A stretch of DNA of 64,000 nt from a virus (taxonomy: Duplodnaviria; Caudoviricetes), in the IMG/VR virus record IMGVR_UViG_3300005758_000087, positions 1 to 64,000 of that record. The stretch is one strand, 5' to 3'. The translations under genes and the position numbers were made by a program. The notes beneath the pieces were generated by a model that did no database searches, was not told the origin of the DNA, and saw only the letters and a list, made by a program, of their open reading frames with translations. Each line of letters opens with the position of its first letter. Position 1 is the stretch's first letter. Shown here in pieces: positions 19,623-30,357 of this stretch.

Positions 19623-21797
19623 TTAGTAGTCTATGTTCTTAGGTAAAATTGTTTCTCTAGGAAATAATATAGGCAAGTCATACCTATCGATAGGATCAGG
19701 AGTGGGTACTGCTGCTGGAAGTTGCTCCCAAGAAGGTTGTAATAAATTAGTATTATAATTATAAGTGGCGCTTTTATCCACAATTAACCTATCGATTGAG
19801 AAATCTATTATGTTTAATTTATAATTCCAATTATTGTTTATATTATTTCTTATTACTTCGCTATAGCCAGGAAGAGTGTAACAAATTACCCAAACCTGTA
19901 TGAAACCCAATGTTTCCCCATTCGATTGCTGACTAGTCATCCATTTGGGCAATAGACTTTGATTGGTATTGTGCGGTAGTGTTTCTAGCACTTCGGCTCT
20001 CATATTACTTAGGCTAGCTGGGTATAATGTGCGTACTGAACCCGGAGTATAACTAGTATATACATTTTCAAAACTAGTAAAATAATCTTCGTTAGCAACA
20101 AAATAAGGACCTTCATCCAATGTTATTTTTTTAGGCCAAACTATTTCTTTGGGAATGCTAACACCGTTTTTATTTACAAGGTCATCTATTATTTCAGAAT
20201 ATACCACTTCATACACAATATTATTGTTTTCATCTTTAGCAACTGCTGTTTTGATTTCCCCTAATACTAATTTTCTGTTGTAATGATTTCTGCTAATTAC
20301 ATCAATATACTTTTCTATGTTCACTGGTTCTACACCGTATATATGAACATACTTAACATCTTTGGCTTTCCCATAATACGGATCATTAGGTCTATACAAA
20401 TATTCTTCGGGTATTAGTTCATTATTGTCTAATAAACTTTGAATTATTTTTTTACCGGCTATGTTTGGGCAAGCCTTCAAATATATATTGTCAACTGGGG
20501 TCTCGAATTGCTGTAAAATAGTTAAAGTAAAAGTCCTTTCACTATTAATCATAGGATATTGTGGATTAAAGGCTTCAACAGTAAATGAGTAAGTGCTAAT
20601 ATCGTTTAAATTTTTCAATGAGCTAGATGGTTGAAATGGGAATCTACCTACTAACTGCCCATTGTCTAGCAAACTAATATTAGGTGGCAATTGCCCAGCA
20701 ACAAGTCTGTATTCTAGTGCATTTTCTGAATTAGCTTTTACGTATAAGTTAGAAGTAGATCCATTATTGACAATGCCCAAATCGCTATTCGTTTCCCAAA
20801 TAACATCTTTGTTAATGTTATTAGTTATAATTAGTCTATATGTTTCTATATCACTAACTATAGTAGGATCATTAGATTTACTAACCTGAACGCTAAAGAT
20901 AAATTCAGTTATGCTATTTTCAGAAAGAACCGGAACACCGGCGATCCACCCAGTACTAGCATCGCCTATTAGACCCGGAGGCAATACTCCAAAATTATAA
21001 TTTATTGGTTGCTGATCAAAATCATATCCTATGATTTTAAAAGAGAAATATTCACCTGCATTAATCACTGATAAAAAATTATCTTCGGGTAAATAATACC
21101 TATAATATGGATCTAATTCTGATACTGGCTGAACCAATGGTGTATTATTTAATATCGCTGGTTTTCTAGTGTTGGGGGGATTAGACAATTGTTGATTTCT
21201 AATTATTATGCTATATGTTTTAGAATCTAATCCCAACTCACTAGTAAGTTGTACCGTAAATGTGTAAGTTTTAGTTTCAGGAGATCCGTTGATATTAGTT
21301 GGTGGTAAGGGAAAACCTGTAATTTTGCCTACACTACTCATTTGCAAACCGGGGGGCAGAGATCCCGAAGATATGGTTAAAGTATATGTATTATTTGGTG
21401 CTGGGTTATTTACATTAATTTGATAGTCTATATATGTACTGTCTTCTACAATGAGTAAATTGCCGGGAGGTGTAGAAATTTTTATACCATCGAATCCAAA
21501 AATATTTAAAGAAAATGTCCTATCTCTAAAATTTCCAAAGTCATCAGTTACACGTATAGTAAAAGAATATGTAGTTTCAACTAGTATATTTTTAGGTATA
21601 CCCGACAAAAAGCCAGTTTCAGATAACACTATATTGCTGCCAGGAATGCCTTCAGGCAAGGATCCATTTAATAACTTATAAGTTAATAAATTAGCTCCGG
21701 GAACAGATGAATTAGCGATGAATTGCAAGTTAAGTGGAGTTCCTGAAGGAAATGTTCCTAAATTTTGTGCAGGTGTTACCCAAACTGGTTGAGACAT
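19623..21797 (-). CDS. Ig-like repeat virion protein (baseplate/tail)
   Basis: Repeated GSLPPGL...G.ITG.P...YTFTV putative Ig (He_PIG-like) units. Confidence 0.65.
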   Translation of the reverse strand: MSQPVWVTPAQNLGTFPSGTPLNLQFIANSSVPGANLLTYKLLNGSLPEGIPGSNIVLSETGFLSGIPKNILVETTYSFTIRVTDDFGNFRDRTFSLNIFGFDGIKISTPPGNLLIVEDSTYIDYQINVNNPAPNNTYTLTISSGSLPPGLQMSSVGKITGFPLPPTNINGSPETKTYTFTVQLTSELGLDSKTYSIIIRNQQLSNPPNTRKPAILNNTPLVQPVSELDPYYRYYLPEDNFLSVINAGEYFSFKIIGYDFDQQPINYNFGVLPPGLIGDASTGWIAGVPVLSENSITEFIFSVQVSKSNDPTIVSDIETYRLIITNNINKDVIWETNSDLGIVNNGSTSNLYVKANSENALEYRLVAGQLPPNISLLDNGQLVGRFPFQPSSSLKNLNDISTYSFTVEAFNPQYPMINSERTFTLTILQQFETPVDNIYLKACPNIAGKKIIQSLLDNNELIPEEYLYRPNDPYYGKAKDVKYVHIYGVEPVNIEKYIDVISRNHYNRKLVLGEIKTAVAKDENNNIVYEVVYSEIIDDLVNKNGVSIPKEIVWPKKITLDEGPYFVANEDYFTSFENVYTSYTPGSVRTLYPASLSNMRAEVLETLPHNTNQSLLPKWMTSQQSNGETLGFIQVWVICYTLPGYSEVIRNNINNNWNYKLNIIDFSIDRLIVDKSATYNYNTNLLQPSWEQLPAAVPTPDPIDRYDLPILFPRETILPKNIDY

Positions 21798-21800
21798 ATT

Positions 21801-22421
21801 TTACTTACCTAATAATTTAAGTGCCAATTCATAATGGTGTTTTCTATCTTCTAATCCAATAGTGCCACCATTAATGCGTCTAGTTAAGCCAACGAAGTCA
21901 TCTTTATCGCAGAAAGAATTTAAATTATTTTGATCCCAAAACCATCCGGCGCTACTTACGGCACCTTCTGGTGTTTCTAAATAAGCCACTGTTTCTTCTA
22001 AACTAATCCCTAAATCTTGAGAAAATCTAGTATAATTGTTCCTTCCAGTTAACTGTATAAGTCCACGGCCGCAAAATTTCCAACCATCGCCGCTGGCTTC
22101 ATTACCATTGCCCATTCTATTAGCGTATACCCTATTTGCTATTCTTTCCGGATTACGGGCGTATTGATTAGCTAAATCTTGAGTCGGAAAATACTTTTTG
22201 AAAGTAGTCATCAATCCTTTAGCACTATAATTTAAATTTTCTTTTACAAAGTTAAAGCTACCGCTTTCGTGAGCTATTTGAGCTATAAATGCGGCTGCTC
22301 TTTTTTTATTCACATACATATCATAATATTCTGCTGTTTCATGTATCGAAAGAGCATATTTTTTTAATGTGCTTTCTTTAGTTTTTGGGCACAATTGTTT
22401 TAATATTTCTAAAGTAATCAT
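21801..22421 (-). CDS. GH19 chitinase-like lysozyme (endolysin or virion lysin)
   Basis: AAFIAQIAHESG, ENLNYS, GRGLIQLTGRNNY, TRRINGG; start likely 22421 (MITLEIL). Confidence 0.9.
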   Translation of the reverse strand: MITLEILKQLCPKTKESTLKKYALSIHETAEYYDMYVNKKRAAAFIAQIAHESGSFNFVKENLNYSAKGLMTTFKKYFPTQDLANQYARNPERIANRVYANRMGNGNEASGDGWKFCGRGLIQLTGRNNYTRFSQDLGISLEETVAYLETPEGAVSSAGWFWDQNNLNSFCDKDDFVGLTRRINGGTIGLEDRKHHYELALKLLGK

Positions 22422-22432
22422 AAATTTTCCTA

Positions 22433-25400
22433 TTATCCGTAAACACCTACCATTGTATACCACTGAGTAGTACTAGTTGCTATAATCAATAATCTTGCTC
22501 CCACACCTAATGAAAATGATCCGTTAACGCCTATCGAGTCAATAGTTCCTCCATTTGCCGGATAAATTTTGACTGGGTTCGATGCAGTATTAATTATGAC
22601 AATTTGCATACCCACAGTTGCAGCTGGCAATCTTACTCCGTCGTTGGTTCCTGTAGCAGATGAACTGACAACATTTACTTGTTTAGTTAATGGGGTAGCG
22701 GTAGATAAAGTAGTACCAGAAGCCGAAATACCAGAACCCACACTTACTAGCATATATCCGTTTGAACTAATGTCCCCGCCTGTTAATGAACCATTTAATG
22801 TTAGGCCAGTTAACGTACCTACACTAGTAATATTAGGTTGATTGCCATTTACTATATTTTCTGCTAGAGTTGATGCTACTGCTTTGGCGCCACCTAATAT
22901 AGTTCCGCTTTGTATCATAGATCCAGTTGCCGAACCTGCCATAGTTACAGCAGTGGTAGTGCAAGAAAGCACAGTATATGTACCATTATATCCAGACGGT
23001 GATATGCCGCTTACTGTTACACTTTGGCCAGCAGTAAAAGGTGCGTAGCTTTGTGCAGAAAAACTTAATGTTTGAATACTACCGGTGCCGGCTGTGGCAG
23101 TAACTACAACACGCATTCCGGTATTAAACATATTAATATTAGTGATACTTGCTCCATTTCCACTGAATAATGTCGCAGTAAATGTACTACCATTAATATT
23201 AGATCCAGAAATGTCCCCAGCAGAAACTAAACTTCCTACATTAGCTGATCCTTGAATTATCATTCCTACACCGGAGCTTCTTACAAAACCAGCCTGTGTT
23301 ACTGGGCCATTAGTTGGGTTGGCATAAGTAACGTGAGTGGTATTTGATGATATTACTGAATATGTTCCGTTATATCCGGATGGTAGAAGTCCTGAAACTA
23401 TTATAGTTGCACCTGAAGGAAAGGGTGCAGATAACTGTGGTGAAGCAAAAGACATGCTAGCCACTGAGCCGTTTCCGCTAGATCCAGATATTTGAATTTG
23501 TAGATTAGAGCCGATGGTAATCTGTCCGCCTACAGCGTAGGTATTATTAACTATGCCCGTAGCAACAGTTATTCTATTCGCAGATGCATCTCCTGCTACG
23601 GCTAAATAACCATTTGCTATTAAATTAGACCCACTGACATTTCCAGTAGCCTGTAATATTCCCGCTGCAATATTTGCAATATTGGCTGCACCAGTGGGCA
23701 TACTTAAAATGCCTGAAATATTAACATTATTTGCATTTGCAGATGCTACTGCAAAACTAGCCACTGCAAGGTTAACAATATTAGCATTACTTCCTGTAAT
23801 ATTTCCAGTTACATTAAGTGCGCTGCTAACTGTAGTGGAAGTTCCAGCAACAGTAAAATTGCCACTTACTGTTAAGCCACCTGTTTGTAGATTGCCGGTA
23901 GTTGCATTTCCGGTAACACTAAGTGTTCCGCCAGTAGCCAAATTGCCTGCTGATGCAGTACCCACTACGCTTAGAATAGAACTGTTTAAAGTACCTACAT
24001 TAGCAGTTGCACCTGATGCATTTATAACGGACGTAATCACTAACGCATTCATACTACCATTTGCCGCAGCAATATTACCCGGAGTGTTTATCGATGCAGC
24101 AGTAACAACACCAGAAGCATTAATACTACTAGAAACAATATTACCCACACTAGCATTTCCAGCTACACTTAAAAATCCGTTTGTTACTACGTTGCCACTA
24201 GTTAAGTTTCCGATAACATTAAGAAGCCCTGATTCCATAACAGAGGCTCCGGTTAAGCTACCGTTTACTGTTATGCTTTGGGTAGACATATTACCTAAAG
24301 TAGCGTTACCAGATACACTTAAACCACCGTTAGTAGATATGCTGCCGGCGGTAATATTGCCCGTAACACCCAACGAACCGCTAGTAGCTAAATTTCCAGC
24401 AGTTATGTTAGCAGTAGCAGCAATGGTCGCAGCAGACACAAATCCACTAGTAGTGAGATTTCCTATATTAGCATTTCCATCTACTCGTAATATTCCTGAA
24501 GCTACTAAATTTGCACCCGAAATATTTCCAGAAACACTTACTATCTGACCGGTTAAGGTAGTAGTTGTTATGTTGCCGGCGCTGGCATTACCCGCTACAT
24601 TTAAGAATCCATTAGTAGTGACATTACCTGAAAATTCAGCAGTAGAAGCTAAAACACCTACTGTTATCAAGTTGCCAGCAGATACATTTCCGCCGGCTGA
24701 CAATGAACCGCTAGCTGAAAGATTCCCCACAACACCATTTCCAGAAACCGTAAGTCCACCACTGGTTACTAAGTTTCCACCTGCTACATTGCCTGCAATG
24801 CTTAATAAATTAGTAGCTTTATTAAATGTCATTCCTGAAACAGCAGAGGTATTGCCGCCGTCATTGAATAAAATTTGTGTATTGTTGCCTGGAGCTTGCA
24901 GTACAGTTCCCGGTGGTAATATAATATTTGCTGCAACATTGGTTGCCGTTATAGTGCCTGTAGTATTAATATTTGCAGCTTCAAGATTTCCTACAACACT
25001 TAATTCTCCACTACTTATGTTACCTGAAACAGAAAGATTGTTTAAAATACCTACATTAGTTATATTTGGTTGATTGCTGCTAGTAATAGTACCGTCGATA
25101 AATACCGCTGTTATGTTCCCCACAGCCAAATTACCACTGACAGTTGCACTAGGAATAGATATACCTCCTGTACCATTGTCACTTACCGTTGCAGTGCCTA
25201 ATCGTAACGAATTTCCACTAAGCCACAAGTCCCTGAATCTATGTGTATTATTACCTAAATCATAAAATTCATTTATTGAAGGTATGAAGTTAGATGTTAT
25301 GTACCCGCTTACATTAATGTTAGCGATGTTAGCAGACGCTATATTAGCAGAAGTTATTGCAGCGGTTGAGAAGGTACCGAAGCTAGTAAAAATGTTATCA

Positions 25401-25927
25401 ATTAATATTCCATTAGCATTAGAGCTAATAGCTCTAGTGCCAATACTTATTCCATTAGATCCTAAAAATATTGTACGCCATCTATTGGTGCTATTTCCGA
25501 TATCGAGTGTTACATTGGTATTGGGATTTAATGCAGTGCTAATTGTACCGGTTACTGCTAAATTGGCAGTACGGGTGCTTACTGTGAAATTTGCATTTCC
25601 AGTAGTAATACTATTAGCTAAATTGAAAACTATAGGTGTGCTATAGCTAGATATAGTAGCACTATTACTTGTGGCTGCACCTACCCCCACCAATAAATTA
25701 TTACTTACTTGAACGGTTAGATTAGGAAAATTGGTAGTAATAAGTATATTACCTACGTTACTGTTTTGCGAAAGTCCGGGTCCTACATCTAACGAAATAA
25801 CACCAGCGGATAACTGTGTGTTATATAAATCTGTAAAGTTATTTTGTATCTTTTGAAATGCTGCACGTAACGGATCCGCAGAAGGATCATTAGGAAACGT
25901 ACCAAAATCTATAAACTGTTGAGCCAT
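22433..25927 (-). CDS. Long tail-fibre-like protein
   Basis: 1164 aa; N-terminal GT.PND.SADPLR.AF.KI.NNF anchor; about 17-aa G/N/A/S/T beta-repeat periodicity; two YNGTY domains. Confidence 0.75.
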   Translation of the reverse strand: MAQQFIDFGTFPNDPSADPLRAAFQKIQNNFTDLYNTQLSAGVISLDVGPGLSQNSNVGNILITTNFPNLTVQVSNNLLVGVGAATSNSATISSYSTPIVFNLANSITTGNANFTVSTRTANLAVTGTISTALNPNTNVTLDIGNSTNRWRTIFLGSNGISIGTRAISSNANGILIDNIFTSFGTFSTAAITSANIASANIANINVSGYITSNFIPSINEFYDLGNNTHRFRDLWLSGNSLRLGTATVSDNGTGGISIPSATVSGNLAVGNITAVFIDGTITSSNQPNITNVGILNNLSVSGNISSGELSVVGNLEAANINTTGTITATNVAANIILPPGTVLQAPGNNTQILFNDGGNTSAVSGMTFNKATNLLSIAGNVAGGNLVTSGGLTVSGNGVVGNLSASGSLSAGGNVSAGNLITVGVLASTAEFSGNVTTNGFLNVAGNASAGNITTTTLTGQIVSVSGNISGANLVASGILRVDGNANIGNLTTSGFVSAATIAATANITAGNLATSGSLGVTGNITAGSISTNGGLSVSGNATLGNMSTQSITVNGSLTGASVMESGLLNVIGNLTSGNVVTNGFLSVAGNASVGNIVSSSINASGVVTAASINTPGNIAAANGSMNALVITSVINASGATANVGTLNSSILSVVGTASAGNLATGGTLSVTGNATTGNLQTGGLTVSGNFTVAGTSTTVSSALNVTGNITGSNANIVNLAVASFAVASANANNVNISGILSMPTGAANIANIAAGILQATGNVSGSNLIANGYLAVAGDASANRITVATGIVNNTYAVGGQITIGSNLQIQISGSSGNGSVASMSFASPQLSAPFPSGATIIVSGLLPSGYNGTYSVISSNTTHVTYANPTNGPVTQAGFVRSSGVGMIIQGSANVGSLVSAGDISGSNINGSTFTATLFSGNGASITNINMFNTGMRVVVTATAGTGSIQTLSFSAQSYAPFTAGQSVTVSGISPSGYNGTYTVLSCTTTAVTMAGSATGSMIQSGTILGGAKAVASTLAENIVNGNQPNITSVGTLTGLTLNGSLTGGDISSNGYMLVSVGSGISASGTTLSTATPLTKQVNVVSSSATGTNDGVRLPAATVGMQIVIINTASNPVKIYPANGGTIDSIGVNGSFSLGVGARLLIIATSTTQWYTMVGVYG

Positions 25928-25948
25928 ATTTATGTCTACCTTATTACG

Positions 25949-25956
25949 TATTTATC
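25949..25956 (-). promoter_or_regulatory. Putative late promoter GATAAATA
   Basis: Upstream of the tail-fibre gene, just after a terminator. Confidence 0.65.
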
Positions 25957-25981
25957 GTTTCTTTACCAGTAATTGCTAACC

Positions 25982-26011
25982 AAAAAAAAGCCCGGCTTAG
26001 CCGGGCTTTTT
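25982..26011. terminator. Intrinsic terminator
   Basis: AAAAAAAAGCCCGGC-TTA-GCCGGGCTTTTT. Confidence 0.85.
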
Positions 26012-26023
26012 GAATATAACATA

Positions 26024-28492
26024 TTATTTTATACCGCTTAACTTCATCCAGTCAGCTATTGATTCTTTAACTGAAACTTGCGTTGGATTCATTACGGTTT
26101 GGTCTTTTTTCATTTTATGAAGGTCATTTCCCAAAGACAACAACGCCTTTAGCTTAGCTAGTTCAGTCGCTGCCATGGCATCGCCGCCAGCATCATTTGC
26201 AAAATTTTCGTCTACTTTAGAACAACCACATTCTGATTCATTCATGTCGTGAACTTCGCACATTTTTTCTTCCATTGTCGCCGGTTGATCCAATGCTTCT
26301 TCTTCTAAATTGCTAGTGTCTTTGTATTTTTTACCGTCTAGTTCAAATTCTTCACCTTTCTTAGTTGCTGCCAACTTTCCTGTGAATGCATTGCCTTCTT
26401 CCATATCGTTATGATATGATTCTTCTACTTCCTCATCATCCTGATATGATTCTTCCACTTCTTCATCTTCAGCTTCACTTACCGAAGATTGAGTTGAACT
26501 ACCTGACATCTTTTTAATTAGAGCCAACATGTCATCGCCGTCACCCACTACTTTAGGACTAGCTTCCGGTTCTGTACCTGATCCATCGGCGTGATCGGAT
26601 TGAACGCTCATCAATGAGCTATCGCCGGTCTGTTCTTCCGGTGTTTCTGAACCAAAAACGCCAAGCCCTGCTTTGCGAACTATACTTAATAATTCTGTTG
26701 CATCAGAGTCGGTAGCACTGATAGTAACGCTATCAGGAGATCCTTGCTGACCGGTACTAGAGGAAACAGTTAATCCTTCTACTAGTAGTGTGTTTAGCTG
26801 CTTTTCCCAGCTTTCAAATTGAATATCTTTCATGGTATCTTCCAAACTTAATTCAGGTGCACCTGATCTAAAAGGCGAAATTTCTGCTTTATCAGTTTTC
26901 GCTAAACGTACTGCATTCATTGACTGTTGTGGCTCAGGTTTAGTATCACATTCTTCTAAACTTTCGTCATAATTTGTGAATCCAAATTCTTCCAAAGCAT
27001 AATCGCGCAGTTGACCCTTTAAAGTTCCTGCCAAACGCTTATAGCGGTCACCGTGTTCTAAAGTGTTATTGATTACTCGTTTGGCAGCGGCTAAATCTTG
27101 CAACTCTACTGCATTGTTGATGTTGAATCCTCTAACCTTAGAAGTAGTTAAATCTTCAATGAATCTAGTAACTAAATCGCTCATCGCCCCTTCGTTCAAC
27201 AATGACTGGTCTTTAACTTCGACCCCCTCCATTGTAGGAATCTCAGGTTTTCCTTTTAAGAATCTACCGATATTTTTGACAACGGTTCCGGCTTGTCCCA
27301 ATTTTTGCTGAATTTTTCCCTTACCCATCCCAGCATGCGGGGCCAAACGTTCTTTAGGAGAAATCACATCTTTTCCGATGGCTGGGTTAGTGCCCTCTTC
27401 AGTTTTTTCTGATTTAACTTTTTCAGGTAACCCTTTATGTTTAGTTGCTGCAAAATCTTTAGCTGCTTTTTTACTCATAGTTTTTGCAACATCGGCTACC
27501 GCCTTACTTGCAGGCTTCTCGCCCTTCTGTGCAGCATGAACCATGCCCATAAACTTTTGCTGTGCTTTGCTTAATGCCTTTTCATTCATCGGGTGATTCA
27601 TATTTTGACCCTGTAATCTTAATGCACCGTCTCCGTTAGTGGACTCTTCTATGCTCTCATAATGAGTGCCTTTTTTTGCAATTGCGGTTTGTCCAATTTT
27701 TTGCATTGTTTTAGACAAGCCGCTTTTGTCATATGCAAAGGGATCAGATTTAGATGACTTTACTAAATTCCAAGCAGCATTTAACATTTGATCGTCAGGA
27801 TTTGTTGGTCTTTGTATTCCCTGTTTGTTAGCTATAGCCCCCACAGCATTCCAAAGAAATTTGGCACTCATAGGAACATTAGGATTTGAGGAGTATGCAC
27901 CACCTGCATTGTCTACCGTTGAGTACATTTTTCTTAGTCTATCAGGAGTTATTGTTTTGTTAACTCTGAAAAAATCTGCCATACTATCTAATACGCCTTC
28001 TTCTAGCTCGTCACCGGACAACGTCATTTCACCTTTACCGATACTCTGCTTTATTTGTGCAGCCAATTGAGGATTAGTAACAGTACCTAATGTTTTGTCT
28101 CCTTGCTTGATAACCTGTGTGTTTTGCTGCGCGGGCTGTATAGTAACTTGCTCTGCTTCATTTAAATGCACATTTTCTTCCACATACTCAATCCAGTCTT
28201 TTAATGTATGTTTTTTAGAAGGTGCACCAATTGGTTTTTTTGGTGGTTTTCCTATGCCAAAAGCTTTTCCTAAAGCATCAGTATCATATGATTTTTCATC
28301 AGATTGTTTTTTCGGCCGGCCGCGGCCTCTTTTTTCTTCAGGCTTTTTCTCGGCTTTTTCGTCACCTTCTTCATCGGTATCAAACTTTCTACCGTAGCCG
28401 CCTGGGCCAGCTTTGTGAACTCGACCTTTGCTTGTTTCTTGTGTTGCTTCACTTAGTTGGGTAAGTGAATTTAAAATATCTTTCAAATCCAT
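26024..28492 (-). CDS. Putative prohead-core / capsid-internal multi-module protein
   Basis: 822 aa; AT-hook (KRGRGRPKK); SKAQQKFMGMVHAAQKG module; many [ILVM]xE sites; acidic C-terminus with an EEVEESY tandem duplication. Confidence 0.55.
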   Translation of the reverse strand: MDLKDILNSLTQLSEATQETSKGRVHKAGPGGYGRKFDTDEEGDEKAEKKPEEKRGRGRPKKQSDEKSYDTDALGKAFGIGKPPKKPIGAPSKKHTLKDWIEYVEENVHLNEAEQVTIQPAQQNTQVIKQGDKTLGTVTNPQLAAQIKQSIGKGEMTLSGDELEEGVLDSMADFFRVNKTITPDRLRKMYSTVDNAGGAYSSNPNVPMSAKFLWNAVGAIANKQGIQRPTNPDDQMLNAAWNLVKSSKSDPFAYDKSGLSKTMQKIGQTAIAKKGTHYESIEESTNGDGALRLQGQNMNHPMNEKALSKAQQKFMGMVHAAQKGEKPASKAVADVAKTMSKKAAKDFAATKHKGLPEKVKSEKTEEGTNPAIGKDVISPKERLAPHAGMGKGKIQQKLGQAGTVVKNIGRFLKGKPEIPTMEGVEVKDQSLLNEGAMSDLVTRFIEDLTTSKVRGFNINNAVELQDLAAAKRVINNTLEHGDRYKRLAGTLKGQLRDYALEEFGFTNYDESLEECDTKPEPQQSMNAVRLAKTDKAEISPFRSGAPELSLEDTMKDIQFESWEKQLNTLLVEGLTVSSSTGQQGSPDSVTISATDSDATELLSIVRKAGLGVFGSETPEEQTGDSSLMSVQSDHADGSGTEPEASPKVVGDGDDMLALIKKMSGSSTQSSVSEAEDEEVEESYQDDEEVEESYHNDMEEGNAFTGKLAATKKGEEFELDGKKYKDTSNLEEEALDQPATMEEKMCEVHDMNESECGCSKVDENFANDAGGDAMAATELAKLKALLSLGNDLHKMKKDQTVMNPTQVSVKESIADWMKLSGIK

Positions 28493-28502
28493 TTTATAAT
28501 CC

Positions 28503-28715
28503 TTACTTTTTTTGATCTAATTTATCTTCAATTCTAGAAAGTTGCTTTTGCAATCCTTCTAATTTTTGATTAGTTTGTTCGGCCTTAACAGTCATAACTT
28601 CTATCTTAGTTTTCATTTCTTTGAAGTTGCTATCCAGTGTCAAATAACCGGTGCCGCCGACACTGCAAGCTCCTATGACTATCCAAGTTAACTGACTTGT
28701 ATTAAAATCGATCAT
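28503..28715 (-). CDS. Small membrane-anchored coiled-coil protein
   Basis: N-terminal TM helix plus coiled coil; 70 aa. Confidence 0.5.
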   Translation of the reverse strand: MIDFNTSQLTWIVIGACSVGGTGYLTLDSNFKEMKTKIEVMTVKAEQTNQKLEGLQKQLSRIEDKLDQKK

Positions 28716-29311
28716 TTTTCCGCCTTCCTAGAACCAGTGGCGGGTCGGTTTGGTCTATTAACATGAGACATCGGGCTACTAGTGTATATACCCTCTTTTG
28801 TTTTGTTAGGTTGAGTGGGTGTTTTTTGACCAGCGTAAGGTATGTCTATACTAGGTTTTTTGGGGAGCACTCTATCTAGATATTGATTTGCATACTCCTT
28901 GCTAGCTTCTTTACCGTTATCTTCTAGATTTGAATCTAATAACAAAGGATTACCTTGATTAGCATATGCTTCTGTTTCTTTGTTTATGCTATCATTGTAA
29001 TCCGTTGTTATCATCCTAATTCTGTTGATTTGGCAACCGGATGCTTGAGCACATTGCTGAACCATTGGTTCGGTGGCCGGGTATCTGAATTCCACTTTCA
29101 TGATAGTCACTGATTCATTTTCTGCCTCAGGAAAACCATAAGGATTTTTTTGAACCGGAGTAGTTTTAGGATCCTCTATTTTTACTGGATCAAACTTACT
29201 TAAATTATGCTTAAACATATCTAAAAACTTAGAATCAACATCACCTAAGATTTTGATTGTATAATGGTATGTTCTAGCACTTTCTGTTAGATAATGACGA
29301 AGGCTTCTCAT
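28712..29311 (-). CDS. Conserved hypothetical protein, putative head-associated
   Basis: 199 aa starting MRSLRHYLTES; GATAAATA at 29331-29338. Confidence 0.55.
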   Translation of the reverse strand: MRSLRHYLTESARTYHYTIKILGDVDSKFLDMFKHNLSKFDPVKIEDPKTTPVQKNPYGFPEAENESVTIMKVEFRYPATEPMVQQCAQASGCQINRIRMITTDYNDSINKETEAYANQGNPLLLDSNLEDNGKEASKEYANQYLDRVLPKKPSIDIPYAGQKTPTQPNKTKEGIYTSSPMSHVNRPNRPATGSRKAEK

Positions 29312-29336
29312 TGTATTATTCCTGTTTTAGTATTTA

Positions 29337-29825
29337 TCAATCTGATGTTTTTTTACTAGCCAATATTGTCTTAAGTAATTCGTTTCGATCTAGAAGACTA
29401 CCTTCACCAACCGGAACATTTTCAATTTCTTTAGTTTTAGATTCTATTTTTTGATCAAGTGCAGCCTTTTTTAGCTGTAATTCTATCATTTTAAGTTTCT
29501 TGTTAATTTTTGCTGTTTTTGCATTTATTGCATGACCCAACATTGTTCCCGCACTGTTAAAAATCTCACTAGCGAACCTACTATCTACTTGCATACCCAA
29601 GTTCATTAAATCTTTATAGCTGTCAGTTGCTAACGTAGCCAAATTGTCTATTTCCATATCACTTGCTTCTAACCCCCTTACCTGAGGTAGTGCATTTTCT
29701 ATTTTTTCTAGATTAGAATAAGCCTCTTTTATTATTTCTTGATTTTCTATAGTTAGTTCAGGTTCAGGAATAGTTTGAGGAATATCCTCAGGTAGTTCAA
29801 AAAGTTCTGATAATTTTTTTGTCAT
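29337..29825 (-). CDS. Hypothetical helical protein, possibly terminase small subunit
   Basis: Size (162 aa), helical character and position next to the gp4-like gene; weak resemblance only. Confidence 0.3.
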   Translation of the reverse strand: MTKKLSELFELPEDIPQTIPEPELTIENQEIIKEAYSNLEKIENALPQVRGLEASDMEIDNLATLATDSYKDLMNLGMQVDSRFASEIFNSAGTMLGHAINAKTAKINKKLKMIELQLKKAALDQKIESKTKEIENVPVGEGSLLDRNELLKTILASKKTSD

Positions 29826-29922
29826 GATATTTTATTTAGTGCGTCTTTAATACATTGGATGTATTTCGGAAGACCCCTATTAAAAATATTTTTATGCAGG
29901 GCAATTAAGAATAAGAATGATT

Positions 29923-30357
29923 TTATTTTTTCCCGTTGCGGAAAAGATCATCCTCAGTTATTACTCTAAACGTGAATCCATTTTGTTTACAATAAGCCAT
30001 CGCACTTCCCCATTTTGCATGATTTACTGCTACCACTGCTCTATCTTTGGCGCTAGCTATCTTACTTTCAATAATACTTTGTTTTTTTGGTTTTATTTCT
30101 ACTACTTCAGCTATCTGATTGCCGTATTTGTTTTGATATACAACGAAAAAATCGGGTATGTAATTAGCCATTTTTCCGGTTAGAGGATGTCTATAGGGAA
30201 TAACCAATGCTTCACTAGCCCACTTGAGTACGGACTTGTTATTATCACAAAATTGCATAAAAGTAAATTCCCATCCTGACCGATATTTTGGTCGATGTTT
30301 ACCTATATACTTTTCAGGATTTTTTGGAGTAAATATACCCTGTGCGAAGTTAGCCAT
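29923..30357 (-). CDS. gp4: Head-completion nuclease (T4 gp4 / TnsA-like)
   Basis: YRSGWE..FM..CD.N..VLKWASE...IPY, Y.PDF, EIKP, N.AKW. Confidence 0.85.
   Translation of the reverse strand: MANFAQGIFTPKNPEKYIGKHRPKYRSGWEFTFMQFCDNNKSVLKWASEALVIPYRHPLTGKMANYIPDFFVVYQNKYGNQIAEVVEIKPKKQSIIESKIASAKDRAVVAVNHAKWGSAMAYCKQNGFTFRVITEDDLFRNGKK

Noticed and set aside
22569-25646. Long + strand ORFs (up to 288 aa) opposite the tail-fibre gene
   Set aside because: Antisense shadows caused by the low-complexity G/N/A/S/T codon pattern; no RBS or promoter, and the products mirror the sense repeats.
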